Source: an uncultured Verrucomicrobiae bacterium (GTDB lineage: Bacteria > Verrucomicrobiota > Verrucomicrobiia > Limisphaerales > UBA11358). Taken from it: a stretch of DNA of 64,000 bases. Positions 51,062-58,743 of the stretch are shown here, piece by piece; positions within the stretch are counted from its first letter, which is position 1; every line of letters starts with the position of its first letter. The translations under genes were made by a program, and so were the position numbers. The stretch covers positions 143,342 through 207,341 of the forward strand of contig CAWJHF010000003.1 of assembly GCA_963842445.1 (NCBI GenBank), given 5' to 3'. A model generated the notes under the pieces. It saw only the letters and a list, made by a program, of their open reading frames with translations. It made no database searches and was not told the DNA's origin.

Positions 51062-52734
51062 GAGCCTGTGTGAAAACTCCGGCGCGATGAATGCGAAAAT
51101 GTTTCCCCGGTGATTTGAAATTCCGTGCGCCGGTTTTTTTGGCTGGAAGTTCCAGCCGTGATGGTAGCCCACGGGGATGATCGGGCGTCCCCCTCGCCCA
51201 AAAAGAAGTCTGCCCGCCCCTTTCAGACCGCCTGCGGGACTTTGCCCTCCACCGCCGCCATCAGTTGGTCGAGCTTTACCAGATTGAACACCCGCTTGAG
51301 ATTGTAGGCCAGTGTCATCAGACTCCACTCGGCCCGCACTTTGGCCAGCCCCTTCATCAGGAAGTAGGTGTAGCCGAAAAACCGCTTGATCGTCCCAAAG
51401 GGATGTTCGCACAACTGCTTGCGCAGTTTGAGCTTCTCCGGGTGGGCCTTGACCCGCGCCGCCATCGCCTCCATCACGGCTTCATCCTGTTCCCGCGTGA
51501 TCGTTCGGTTGGCCTTGTTGCGCGTGCATTGTCTCTTGAGCCCGCAGCCCTTGCACCCGCTGGCCCGGTAGTAGCGCACCTGCCGTCCTTTTTCATCGGT
51601 GCTGAACCGGTAAGTCAACTCCGCTCCCGCCGGACACGCATACACATCCTTGGTGGCATCGTAAGTAAAGCGGCTCTTGCCATATAATCCCTGCGCCGTG
51701 TTGGCGCTGGTGTCGGCCTTGGGCACATACGCCGTGATCCCGTGTTGTTCGCACACCGCCACTTCCGCCGTCGTGCTGTAACCGGTGTCAGCCACCACTT
51801 CCAGCTGATCGACTTGCAGATTCGCCTTGGCCGCCCGTGCCATGCCCGATAACTGCCGCAAATCCGTCTCTTCATTGGTCAGGTTGGCTGCCGCGATCAG
51901 CTTGTTCTTCGCATCGACCGCCGTTTGCACATTGTAACCCACCACGCTGCCACCGCCGCCAGCCCGCAGCCGCCGCGCGTCCGGGTCGCTCACCGAGATT
52001 TGTTTCTCCTCTGCGTCCAGTTGCCCCAGCAACTCCTCGTGCCAGTCCTTTTTCTCCTGCAGCGCCGCGATCTTGGCTGCCAACTCCGCCCGGCTGCAAA
52101 CAGGGCTGGCCCTTTCCGCCGCGTCAGTGGCATCCAGTCCCTTGAGATATTCGGCAATCTGTGCGTCGGCGCGGTTGATCAAGTCGCGCAGTTTCTTTTC
52201 ATTGAAATGGGCGTCCTTGCTGTTGACCGCCGCCAGCTTGGTGCCATCGATTCCCACCAGTTGCCCACCAAACAACTCCAGTTTCCGGCACAGCACGGTG
52301 AACTGCCGTGCCACCGCCTGCAACGGTTTGAGGTTGTCCTTGCGGAAATCGGCGATGGTCTTGTGGTTGGGGGCTTGTTTGCCCGTCAGCCAGATGACCT
52401 CCACGTTGCGCTGGCATTCGGCCTCCAGCCACCGGCTGGAACGGATTCGGTGCAGATAACCGTAAAGGTAGAGCTTGAGCAGCGCCGCCGGTTCGTAAGG
52501 GGGACGGCCCGTGTCGGCGCAGCGGGCTTTGGCGAAGCCCAGCGCGTGCAGATCGAGCGAACCGACGAAGGCGTCGAGGAAGCGTACGGGGTTTTCGGCG
52601 GCGATGTAGTCCTCCAGTCGTTCAGGGAAGAGCAACGTTTGGGAACGATCCAGTCCGGGGCGATGATTCATGCTTGTCACTGACCAACCGTCGGCGTAAT
52701 TGTTCAAATCATGACCGACTTTTCACACAGCCTC
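51062..52734 (-). mobile_element. IS1182-family insertion sequence, copy 2 (1673 bp, inverted)
   Basis: Near-identical to copy 1 (APDHK/APNHK and LIDRA/LINRA differ); GCGC flanks. Confidence 0.93.
51223..52671 (-). CDS. IS1182 family transposase
   Basis: Same protein as 48545-49993 except two D>N changes. Confidence 0.95.
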   Translation of the reverse strand: MNHRPGLDRSQTLLFPERLEDYIAAENPVRFLDAFVGSLDLHALGFAKARCADTGRPPYEPAALLKLYLYGYLHRIRSSRWLEAECQRNVEVIWLTGKQAPNHKTIADFRKDNLKPLQAVARQFTVLCRKLELFGGQLVGIDGTKLAAVNSKDAHFNEKKLRDLINRADAQIAEYLKGLDATDAAERASPVCSRAELAAKIAALQEKKDWHEELLGQLDAEEKQISVSDPDARRLRAGGGGSVVGYNVQTAVDAKNKLIAAANLTNEETDLRQLSGMARAAKANLQVDQLEVVADTGYSTTAEVAVCEQHGITAYVPKADTSANTAQGLYGKSRFTYDATKDVYACPAGAELTYRFSTDEKGRQVRYYRASGCKGCGLKRQCTRNKANRTITREQDEAVMEAMAARVKAHPEKLKLRKQLCEHPFGTIKRFFGYTYFLMKGLAKVRAEWSLMTLAYNLKRVFNLVKLDQLMAAVEGKVPQAV

Positions 52735-52742
52735 GCGCGGTG

Positions 52743-53114
52743 TTAGGCCGAAACGCTTCGTCGAGAAAACAATAAGATGCCAGCCGAAGCGACCGCCAAG
52801 ACATCAAACGCAACTCCGACAGCAGAATATGGAGCCTGATCAAAAAATGCGAATAATCCCATCAAGCTCGCCGTCACGGTGAGGAGCGCAACAATCCCCA
52901 TGAGAATACTCGCCCATCTCGCTCCCCGGAAAACATAAAAGCTGCCCACCGTGCCAACCAGATACAAAAGTGCAAAAAATGTGACCACCGCCAAACCATC
53001 GGGGCGGTAATTGGTGGTGGTGACGATGTAGCGAACAGCCAATGATAACGAAACGCACAAATAGCCGCAAATCGCTATCCAAAGTATTCCGAGAATCTGA
53101 TGTATCGTTTTCAT
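52743..53114 (-). CDS. Cassette ORF, 4-TM membrane protein
   Basis: Fills the cassette; stop in R''. Confidence 0.75.
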   Translation of the reverse strand: MKTIHQILGILWIAICGYLCVSLSLAVRYIVTTTNYRPDGLAVVTFFALLYLVGTVGSFYVFRGARWASILMGIVALLTVTASLMGLFAFFDQAPYSAVGVAFDVLAVASAGILLFSRRSVSA

Positions 53115-53130
53115 AGTTATGTCGGTTTCG

Positions 53131-53257
53131 GCCTAACGATCCAAAGCTGAGCCACGCCGACCGGCGAGCGGCTCCGCAATCTCGATAACCGTTGTATAAC
53201 TCAAACCATCCATAAACTCAAGGGGCAGTCGGCGTTGGCTCCAGCGCGGTGTTAGGC
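53131..53257 (-). repeat. attC (127-bp family)
   Basis: GCCTAAC...GTTAGGC with GCTGAGCC / GGCTCCAGC L boxes. Confidence 0.93.
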
Positions 53258-53260
53258 CAC

Positions 53261-53725
53261 TCATCCATGTGCCTGAATCTCCTTCTGACGCTGCTCCGGC
53301 AAATGTGAAATCACTTCAGCAGGCACGGCACAAGGGAAATGTGAATCGAAGTTAGTCCCTCTAAATACTCCGGGGTAAGTCGCGCTTCCGCTCGACTTGT
53401 CACCATGAGTCTCTGTGTAAAGCCAAATAATACGGTTGCCGTCATAAGCCCACACTCTGGACTTGTTCTCAATAAAGACGAACCAGCCCGCCTGTGCATT
53501 CCATTTGAAGCTCACACCGCCGGAGGCGGGATGTGCAAAATCTATCAAATCTTCCGAGACTCCAATTTTCCAAGATTCATCCGGCGTAGTCTGTGTGCAG
53601 AACGTGGTAATAAACATCGGCTGAAACGGTGGCGGTGCTGCTGCTTGGGTGTGAACCGGTGAAGGCGAGTGACATCCCACGAGCAATGTCACGGCGACGA
53701 ATAGGATTGGAATGGTGTAGCGCAT
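53261..53725 (-). CDS. Cassette ORF, putative lipoprotein
   Basis: MRYTIPILFVAVTLLVGC lipobox. Confidence 0.75.
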   Translation of the reverse strand: MRYTIPILFVAVTLLVGCHSPSPVHTQAAAPPPFQPMFITTFCTQTTPDESWKIGVSEDLIDFAHPASGGVSFKWNAQAGWFVFIENKSRVWAYDGNRIIWLYTETHGDKSSGSATYPGVFRGTNFDSHFPCAVPAEVISHLPEQRQKEIQAHG

Positions 53726-53734
53726 AGTAAAGTG

Positions 53735-53833
53735 GCCTAACGAAAAAAGCTGAGCCACCGCCGACCTGCGACGTGAACCGCGATAGCGGAACGGACAGCG
53801 CCAACGGCGGTTGGCTCCGGCGACTTGTTAGGC
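53735..53833 (-). repeat. attC (99-bp family)
   Basis: GCCTAAC..GCTGAGCCACCGCC...GGCGGTTGGCTCCGGCGACTTGTTAGGC. Confidence 0.92.
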
Positions 53834-53847
53834 CACCAACGAAAAAT

Positions 53848-54117
53848 ATGAAAATAATACTCGAAGTAGAAAACGCGAATCCGTTCCAAGCTGGATGGCT
53901 CGCCTGCCACATGGGACTGCCGAAAGACAGTCTCAAGCTCAAAGGCATCTCGCAAGAATCGTGGAACGAAGGATGGAGAATGCGCCAAGAAACCGCCGAC
54001 ATGGAAACTCCCGACGATGCGGGACACGGCGGCTGCCATGTCGCTTTCCTGATGGAAGCAACCAACCCGCTGCCTGAATTTGTGCGCCATAAAGTGAGCG
54101 TGCGACTGGTGGCCTAA
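53848..54117 (+). CDS. Reverse-oriented cassette ORF, Rmf/CrpP-like motif
   Basis: FQAGW.A...G......SW.EGW; frame open back to GTG 53773 inside attC; stop is the TAA of the next core site. Confidence 0.55.
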   Translation: MKIILEVENANPFQAGWLACHMGLPKDSLKLKGISQESWNEGWRMRQETADMETPDDAGHGGCHVAFLMEATNPLPEFVRHKVSVRLVA

Positions 54118-54238
54118 CGATCCAAAGCTGAGCCACGCCGACGGGCGAGCGGCTCCGCAATCTCGATAACCGTTGTCCAACTCAAACCGTCCATAAACTC
54201 AAGGGGTAGTCGGCGTTGGCTCCAGCGCGGTGTTAGGC
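54112..54238 (-). repeat. attC (127-bp family)
   Basis: Near-identical to 53131-53257. Confidence 0.93.
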
Positions 54239-54239
54239 G

Positions 54240-54581
54240 TCATGGATAAACTCTCTGGCCATCCACCAAACAGGATGGTGGCTCACCTACTCGCCCGATG
54301 GTGTAAGTCCCGCCTGCTGGACGAACGACCACACCATTCGTGGCGTAGCAATTTGTAATCCCACCGTTGAGATAAGGCAAAAGCTCCGCCCATGTCGGCG
54401 TATCATTGGTGGTCTTGCCGGTTTCATACATCCACTCGGTCTTGGCTCCCTCAATCTGTCGCAAACTATTGACGTAAAAATTGGATGATGATGTGGAACG
54501 TGCTCTGATGAAATTCGGGATAGCGACTGCCAAAACCACCACGGCAATCGCCGCCAGAACTATGATGAACACTTTCGACAT
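54240..54581 (-). CDS. Cassette ORF, pilin/pseudopilin-like without a prepilin cleavage motif
   Basis: TM then AIPNFIRAR..S...NSLRQIEGAK..W. Confidence 0.65.
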   Translation of the reverse strand: MSKVFIIVLAAIAVVVLAVAIPNFIRARSTSSSNFYVNSLRQIEGAKTEWMYETGKTTNDTPTWAELLPYLNGGITNCYATNGVVVRPAGGTYTIGRVGEPPSCLVDGQRVYP

Positions 54582-54594
54582 ACGCTCGAATGAC

Positions 54595-54721
54595 GCCTAA
54601 CGATCCAAAGCTGAGCCACGCCGACGGGCGAGCGGCTCCGCAAACTCGATAATCGTTGTATAACCCAAATCATCCATAAACTCAAGGGGCAGTCGGCGTT
54701 GGCTCCAGCGCGGTGTTAGGC
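54595..54721 (-). repeat. attC (127-bp family)
   Basis: Near-identical to 53131-53257. Confidence 0.93.
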
Positions 54722-54725
54722 GGCG

Positions 54726-55139
54726 TCATTGTGAACCTCTATCTGCTACCCACTTCTTCATGTGCTCGTCCACATCTCTGAAGACCGCTGGAATGTCAGA
54801 CGCATGGACTTGTGCCATCTGTTCGCGCGTCATGCCCACGTCACCAAAGCCGGGCCACTTCTCACGAAGATACCGAATATGCTCCCTCGCGCAAGGCTCG
54901 CACATGAAACTAACCCGATGTGTGCCGCTCATAAGCGCCAGAGGGTCATATCCTCCGCTGAATGGCTCGCCGCCACAATACCGGCAACCTGCCTTCAACG
55001 CGGTGGTCATCTCATGCGCTTGGGTCGGACTGGAAGCCGCAAAACACTCATCACATAAATCCCTGGATGTGACCGCATCACCCATAATCGTGTTGAAGTG
55101 GCAAGTGGCTTCTCGCTGATGGCAAATCTCGCAAAGCAT
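54726..55139 (-). CDS. Cassette ORF with four CxxC motifs, McsA-like N-terminus
   Basis: MLCEICHQREATCH...LCDEC, CRYC, CEPC. Confidence 0.7.
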   Translation of the reverse strand: MLCEICHQREATCHFNTIMGDAVTSRDLCDECFAASSPTQAHEMTTALKAGCRYCGGEPFSGGYDPLALMSGTHRVSFMCEPCAREHIRYLREKWPGFGDVGMTREQMAQVHASDIPAVFRDVDEHMKKWVADRGSQ

Positions 55140-55154
55140 ATCGTGATGTGAGCC

Positions 55155-55253
55155 GCCTAACGTAGAAAGCTGAGCCACCGCCGACTCGCGACGTGAACCG
55201 CGACAGCGGAACTGACAGCAACTCCGGCGGTTGGCTCCGGCGACTTGTTAGGC
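55155..55253 (-). repeat. attC (99-bp family)
   Basis: Similar to 53735-53833. Confidence 0.92.
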
Positions 55254-55658
55254 CGAACGTCCATATCTCAAAACAACAATGATGTAATACGCCAATGATG
55301 TAAATACTGGAACTAGACCAATCAAACCCCACTGCCAAGAAGCAAAATAATGGCTGTCTGTTCCGGGATTGTGGATAACCAACAACAGAGATATGGCGGC
55401 GAGGGAAGCACATATAGTGCGGCGAATGCTCGCAAACAATCTGATGGAGTCGCTGCGAAATCCAAAAAGCATACGCAAAATCTCACCGCAGCCCCAAATC
55501 AAGATAATCGCATTCGTGAATATCAACACGGGAATACCAAACGCGGCTATGACGAAAAATAGGAATGTGGGAACGCCGAGTATGACCAAGCCGCCAATCT
55601 CAAATATCGAAAGAAATATCGTGAGTGCCAATCTGGTATTTTTGCTTGTCAAATCCAT
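55248..55658 (-). CDS. Cassette ORF, multi-TM membrane protein
   Basis: Hydrophobic; stop in R''; start 55658 or 55670. Confidence 0.7.
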   Translation of the reverse strand: MDLTSKNTRLALTIFLSIFEIGGLVILGVPTFLFFVIAAFGIPVLIFTNAIILIWGCGEILRMLFGFRSDSIRLFASIRRTICASLAAISLLLVIHNPGTDSHYFASWQWGLIGLVPVFTSLAYYIIVVLRYGRSA

Positions 55659-55674
55659 ACGATGTGGCATTTCG

Positions 55675-55803
55675 GCCTAACGATCCAAAGCTGAGCCACG
55701 GCGAGCGGAAAGGCGGTCTGAAATGAAACCGCACCGTCCAAATTTCCGCACACGGTCGAAAACTAAAGGAACACTCGCCGTTGGCTCCAGCGCGGTGTTA
55801 GGT
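55675..55803 (-). repeat. attC (129 bp)
   Basis: GCCTAAC..GCTGAGCCACGGCGAG...CTCGCCGTTGGCTCCAGC..GTTAGGT. Confidence 0.92.
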
Positions 55804-55834
55804 GTCATGGTTGAAGGTGAAAAAGACATGATGG

Positions 55835-56239
55835 CTATGACTGTGGTGCTCCCAAATCAGCGAGTAGCTTGCGTAGCCGGTGAATCTCTCCCACCAACGC
55901 CGGAACATCTTCGCGTGCCTTCGATATGAAATCCTTATCCGCATCTTTGCCAACACACTCAAGCGCCACCGTGAGCGTCGGCTTGCCGGCATCGCTCGAC
56001 TTGCGAAGCCGCTCAACCCAATACGGCTCGCCACCAATCTTGCCTGCTGGAAATATGACGTTGTCATTATCAAACCGGCGTCCGTCTGGTGTAAAGCTCT
56101 CCATCGGAGTCTTGGTGTGCAAACCTCCTGCGTCGGATGTCTTCTTATCGTCGGTGTGCTTGCCGGGCCGCCAATACCACGGACCAGGTGTCGCTCGGTC
56201 GGCTCGCTGCTCAATCTCCTCAATTTCTTTGATGGTCAT
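55835..56239 (-). CDS. Cassette ORF, phage Ead/Ea22-like protein
   Basis: EI..RA.RATPGPW ... D.DFI..AREDVPALV.EI.RLR motif typical of small phage early proteins. Confidence 0.7.
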   Translation of the reverse strand: MTIKEIEEIEQRADRATPGPWYWRPGKHTDDKKTSDAGGLHTKTPMESFTPDGRRFDNDNVIFPAGKIGGEPYWVERLRKSSDAGKPTLTVALECVGKDADKDFISKAREDVPALVGEIHRLRKLLADLGAPQS

Positions 56240-56263
56240 AAAATCAAAACGTGCCGCAATGAC

Positions 56264-56362
56264 ACCTAACGTTCAGAGCTCAGGCACGCGGGGACAACCA
56301 GCGTGAACCGCGAAGCGGAACTGCAACGGCCATCCCGCGTTGCCTGCAGCGATTTGTTAGCC
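56264..56362 (-). repeat. attC (99-bp family, diverged)
   Basis: ACCTAAC..GCTCAGGCACGCGGG...CCCGCGTTGCCTGCAGC..GTTAGCC. Confidence 0.9.
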
Positions 56363-56381
56363 CACGTCTTCATTCGTCCGA

Positions 56382-56834
56382 TCATCTCTTCTCGAAAATC
56401 ATCGTCTCGTCGCTGTCAGGGTCACCGAAAATCATGACAACACGATAAGGTGCTTGCTTGCCGCTCAAACATGCGTCCTCGATGCGGGGCTGAGAATCAA
56501 ACCGCACACCCCACATGTCGTGTCCATCAGTCGAGCCAACAATCGCACATCTCCAGCGACCGGTCGTTGACAAGAAATCTGACTGCCCCGAATTCACATA
56601 GTTCGTCACACCAAATGCCCCATCCGGCTTCAAATCCAATCGGCACTGTCGCCCATGAAGCACGGCCAGCCCATTGGTCGTAACGGACTGCGCAACGAGC
56701 ACATAACTGCCTACCACATCTTCCTTCTTCGGCTCATTGGTCGTGAACGGCTTCCCGGATACAGCTCCGGCATTAAAACCGGAGTCGCAACCAGCAGCCA
56801 AGAGCGAAACGAGAATGACGAGCAGCAAGCGCAT
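56382..56834 (-). CDS. Cassette ORF, putative lipoprotein
   Basis: MRLLLVILVSLLAAGC lipobox. Confidence 0.78.
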   Translation of the reverse strand: MRLLLVILVSLLAAGCDSGFNAGAVSGKPFTTNEPKKEDVVGSYVLVAQSVTTNGLAVLHGRQCRLDLKPDGAFGVTNYVNSGQSDFLSTTGRWRCAIVGSTDGHDMWGVRFDSQPRIEDACLSGKQAPYRVVMIFGDPDSDETMIFEKR

Positions 56835-56837
56835 GTG

Positions 56838-56963
56838 GGCTAACGTCCAAGCTCAGCCACCGCCGCGGAGGATGGCGCTGAACTGCAATCCTGACAATCG
56901 AATTTCATAAAATCGTCCAACTGACCGGCGTAGCGGCGGTTGGCTGCAGCGCCATTGTTAGGC
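56838..56963 (-). repeat. attC (126 bp)
   Basis: GGCTAAC..GCTCAGCCACCGCCGC...GCGGCGGTTGGCTGCAGC..GTTAGGC. Confidence 0.9.
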
Positions 56964-57410
56964 ATACGAAAATATCTCTCCTCTTCGGAACCGGACACGG
57001 CTCAAAATGAGTGAAAGCGGCCACGGTGCCGACAGAAATATCGTAATCGCCCAAAACTCAAGCGTCTCAAAAAACTGGTCAAAAAGTATATCAAACTCGA
57101 CAACTATCAAAAACAAACTAACGCAAAGCGGTAATAGGGAGACGATAAGCGATGGACCGAAAACTATCCGCGAAAAAACGAGCCAACGATTTGGGATAAC
57201 CACGAGGACGGCAAGCAGCGATACAATGATGATGGAAAAGTATAGCCGGTGGTAATATGCTGGAGTCCCCCAATCTGTTGCGTCGCGAGGTGGCGAGGCG
57301 GCGCGCAACATATAAATATCCAAACCAATCATAAACCAAGCAACTGCGATTGCTTCGATACTCGCGAAGATTTTGCAAGCAATGGCGGGTGGTTTCAAAC
57401 TCGATTGCAT
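56958..57410 (-). CDS. Cassette ORF, 4-TM membrane protein
   Basis: Hydrophobic; stop in R''. Confidence 0.72.
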   Translation of the reverse strand: MQSSLKPPAIACKIFASIEAIAVAWFMIGLDIYMLRAASPPRDATDWGTPAYYHRLYFSIIIVSLLAVLVVIPNRWLVFSRIVFGPSLIVSLLPLCVSLFLIVVEFDILFDQFFETLEFWAITIFLSAPWPLSLILSRVRFRRGEIFSYA

Positions 57411-57422
57411 GGGGCGTAGTAT

Positions 57423-57548
57423 GCCTAACGAAAAAAGCTGAGCCACGCCGACCGGCGAGCGGCTCCGCAATCTCGATAATCGTTGTATAACCTAAACCAT
57501 CCATAAACTCAAGGGGCAGTCGGCGTTGGCTCCAGCGCGGTGTTAGGC
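57423..57548 (-). repeat. attC (127-bp family, 126 bp)
   Basis: Near-identical loop to 53131-53257. Confidence 0.93.
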
Positions 57549-57833
57549 CGTCGTCTTTCGTGTGCCATAATTCCAAAAGAAATGTATGAGCGCAACGTCC
57601 ATGCCGGCAACCAACACGAAAATCACAAAAGCCTCACGACTCGCATTAACAGAATCCTGCCGCTCCGCTTCCGCAATAGCCGCATCCTGCTCCGCCTTGG
57701 GACTTGATTGATGTGTCGTCAGAGCCTGCATCATGCGTGGACTGACTCTCGACCCAAAGTGTGGCATGAGCATCCAGAGCAACTGCACAGCAATGAAACT
57801 AACAATCAACAGTCTTACAATGTTCTTGCTCAT
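57543..57833 (-). CDS. Cassette ORF, 2-TM protein
   Basis: Fills the cassette; stop in R''. Confidence 0.72.
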   Translation of the reverse strand: MSKNIVRLLIVSFIAVQLLWMLMPHFGSRVSPRMMQALTTHQSSPKAEQDAAIAEAERQDSVNASREAFVIFVLVAGMDVALIHFFWNYGTRKTTA

Positions 57834-57850
57834 CGCGAGTAACGGACGCG

Positions 57851-57985
57851 GCCTAACGACTCAAGCTCAGCCACAGCCACGACGAACGCGGCTGAGGCCG
57901 GGCAAAACCAAAAGGATGAAAATGCAAAATAATCATACGCAAAACTGCCGGGGCAGTGGCTGTTGGCTGCAGCGCATTGTTAGGC
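57851..57985 (-). repeat. attC (135 bp)
   Basis: GCCTAAC..GCTCAGCCACAGCCAC...GTGGCTGTTGGCTGCAGC..GTTAGGC. Confidence 0.92.
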
Positions 57986-57986
57986 A

Positions 57987-58283
57987 TCAGCCCATCGAAC
58001 CTCCGCCGGAAACGTTTGGTCTATCCGTCAAAGTATTATGAAGCTCTTCGATTTGCTTTTGCTGCCTCTGTATCTGCTCGTCTTTCTCGCGTATGGCGCG
58101 CTCGATGGCTGCCTCACACTTTTTGTCGGCGGCGGCAAGCTGCTTGTCAAGCTCGTTTATCTTAGTAACCGCCGTCTCATGCTCGTGCTCGATGCGCTCA
58201 TTCTTTTTGTGGAGTCTGATAGCCCACATAAAAAGAACAATGGACAGCGATGCGAAGAAACCGGCTGTAATGGTCATGTCCAT
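57987..58283 (-). CDS. Cassette ORF, N-terminal TM plus coiled coil
   Basis: MDMTITAGFFASLSIVLFMW then E/K/Q-rich heptads. Confidence 0.7.
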   Translation of the reverse strand: MDMTITAGFFASLSIVLFMWAIRLHKKNERIEHEHETAVTKINELDKQLAAADKKCEAAIERAIREKDEQIQRQQKQIEELHNTLTDRPNVSGGGSMG

Positions 58284-58303
58284 ATTTCTAAAGCGACGCT
58301 GAT

Positions 58304-58425
58304 GCCTAACGATGGCGCTGAGGCGTGCGCTCCCAAACCAAACGCCAACCCGAAAGGATAAATATGGCAAATGACAATCGCATAACTGAGGGCGTAATCG
58401 CATCGCCTCCAGCAACTTGTTATCC
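58304..58425 (-). repeat. attC of the first cassette (122 bp)
   Basis: GCCTAAC..GCTGAGGCG...CGCCTCCAGC..GTTATCCGC; R'' complements GCGGATAAC at the attI junction over 9 bp. Confidence 0.85.
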
Positions 58426-58690
58426 GCGAAAGGCGACACAATACGAAGGCGAACTCATCCAGCACAGCACATGCCCGCACTGCTCTCATACACCACTCCG
58501 CGAAGGGCCGCACGGCGGGATGTCTCTCAATGTTCTGTGCCCTAAATGCCATCACGAATTTATGTGCGCTCCGGCGCCGACGTGGTGCGAAATGATGGGG
58601 CCAGCATCCGCAGACCGGCTCGCGTGGCCATACGGAATCAAAGCGGATAACAGTATTTCGGTTGAAGTTTCACGGTCTAATTCCGCTTGA
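58364..58690 (+). CDS. Reverse-oriented first-cassette ORF (zinc ribbon) starting inside attC and stopping inside attI
   Basis: GAAAGGA-ATG in the attC loop; CPHC..L.EGP.GG.S.N..CPKC. Confidence 0.65.
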   Translation: MANDNRITEGVIASPPATCYPRKATQYEGELIQHSTCPHCSHTPLREGPHGGMSLNVLCPKCHHEFMCAPAPTWCEMMGPASADRLAWPYGIKADNSISVEVSRSNSA

Positions 58691-58695
58691 TTTTT
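58645..58695 (-). other. attI site (core GTTATCC on the minus strand)
   Basis: Last GTT core before intI, not part of a palindrome; upstream boundary approximate. Confidence 0.75.
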
Positions 58696-58698
58696 GAC

Positions 58699-58727
58699 AT
58701 TAGAAGCTTGTAAAAGACCGTTGTCAA
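58699..58727 (-). promoter_or_regulatory. Candidate cassette promoter Pc
   Basis: TTGACA-17nt-TCTAAT on the minus strand, pointing into attI. Confidence 0.5.
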
Positions 58728-58743
58728 GTGCAATTTTTCATTA

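Noticed and set aside
48482-52734. Composite transposon that imported two foreign genes
   Set aside because: The internal DNA consists of native cassettes whose attC halves match the outer flanks, so local inversion explains it better (it could still move as a unit later)
53131-57548. attC repeats as CRISPR repeats or ncRNA genes
   Set aside because: Length of 99-135 bp, R/L box structure, gene-sized spacers and the adjacent intI identify them as attC
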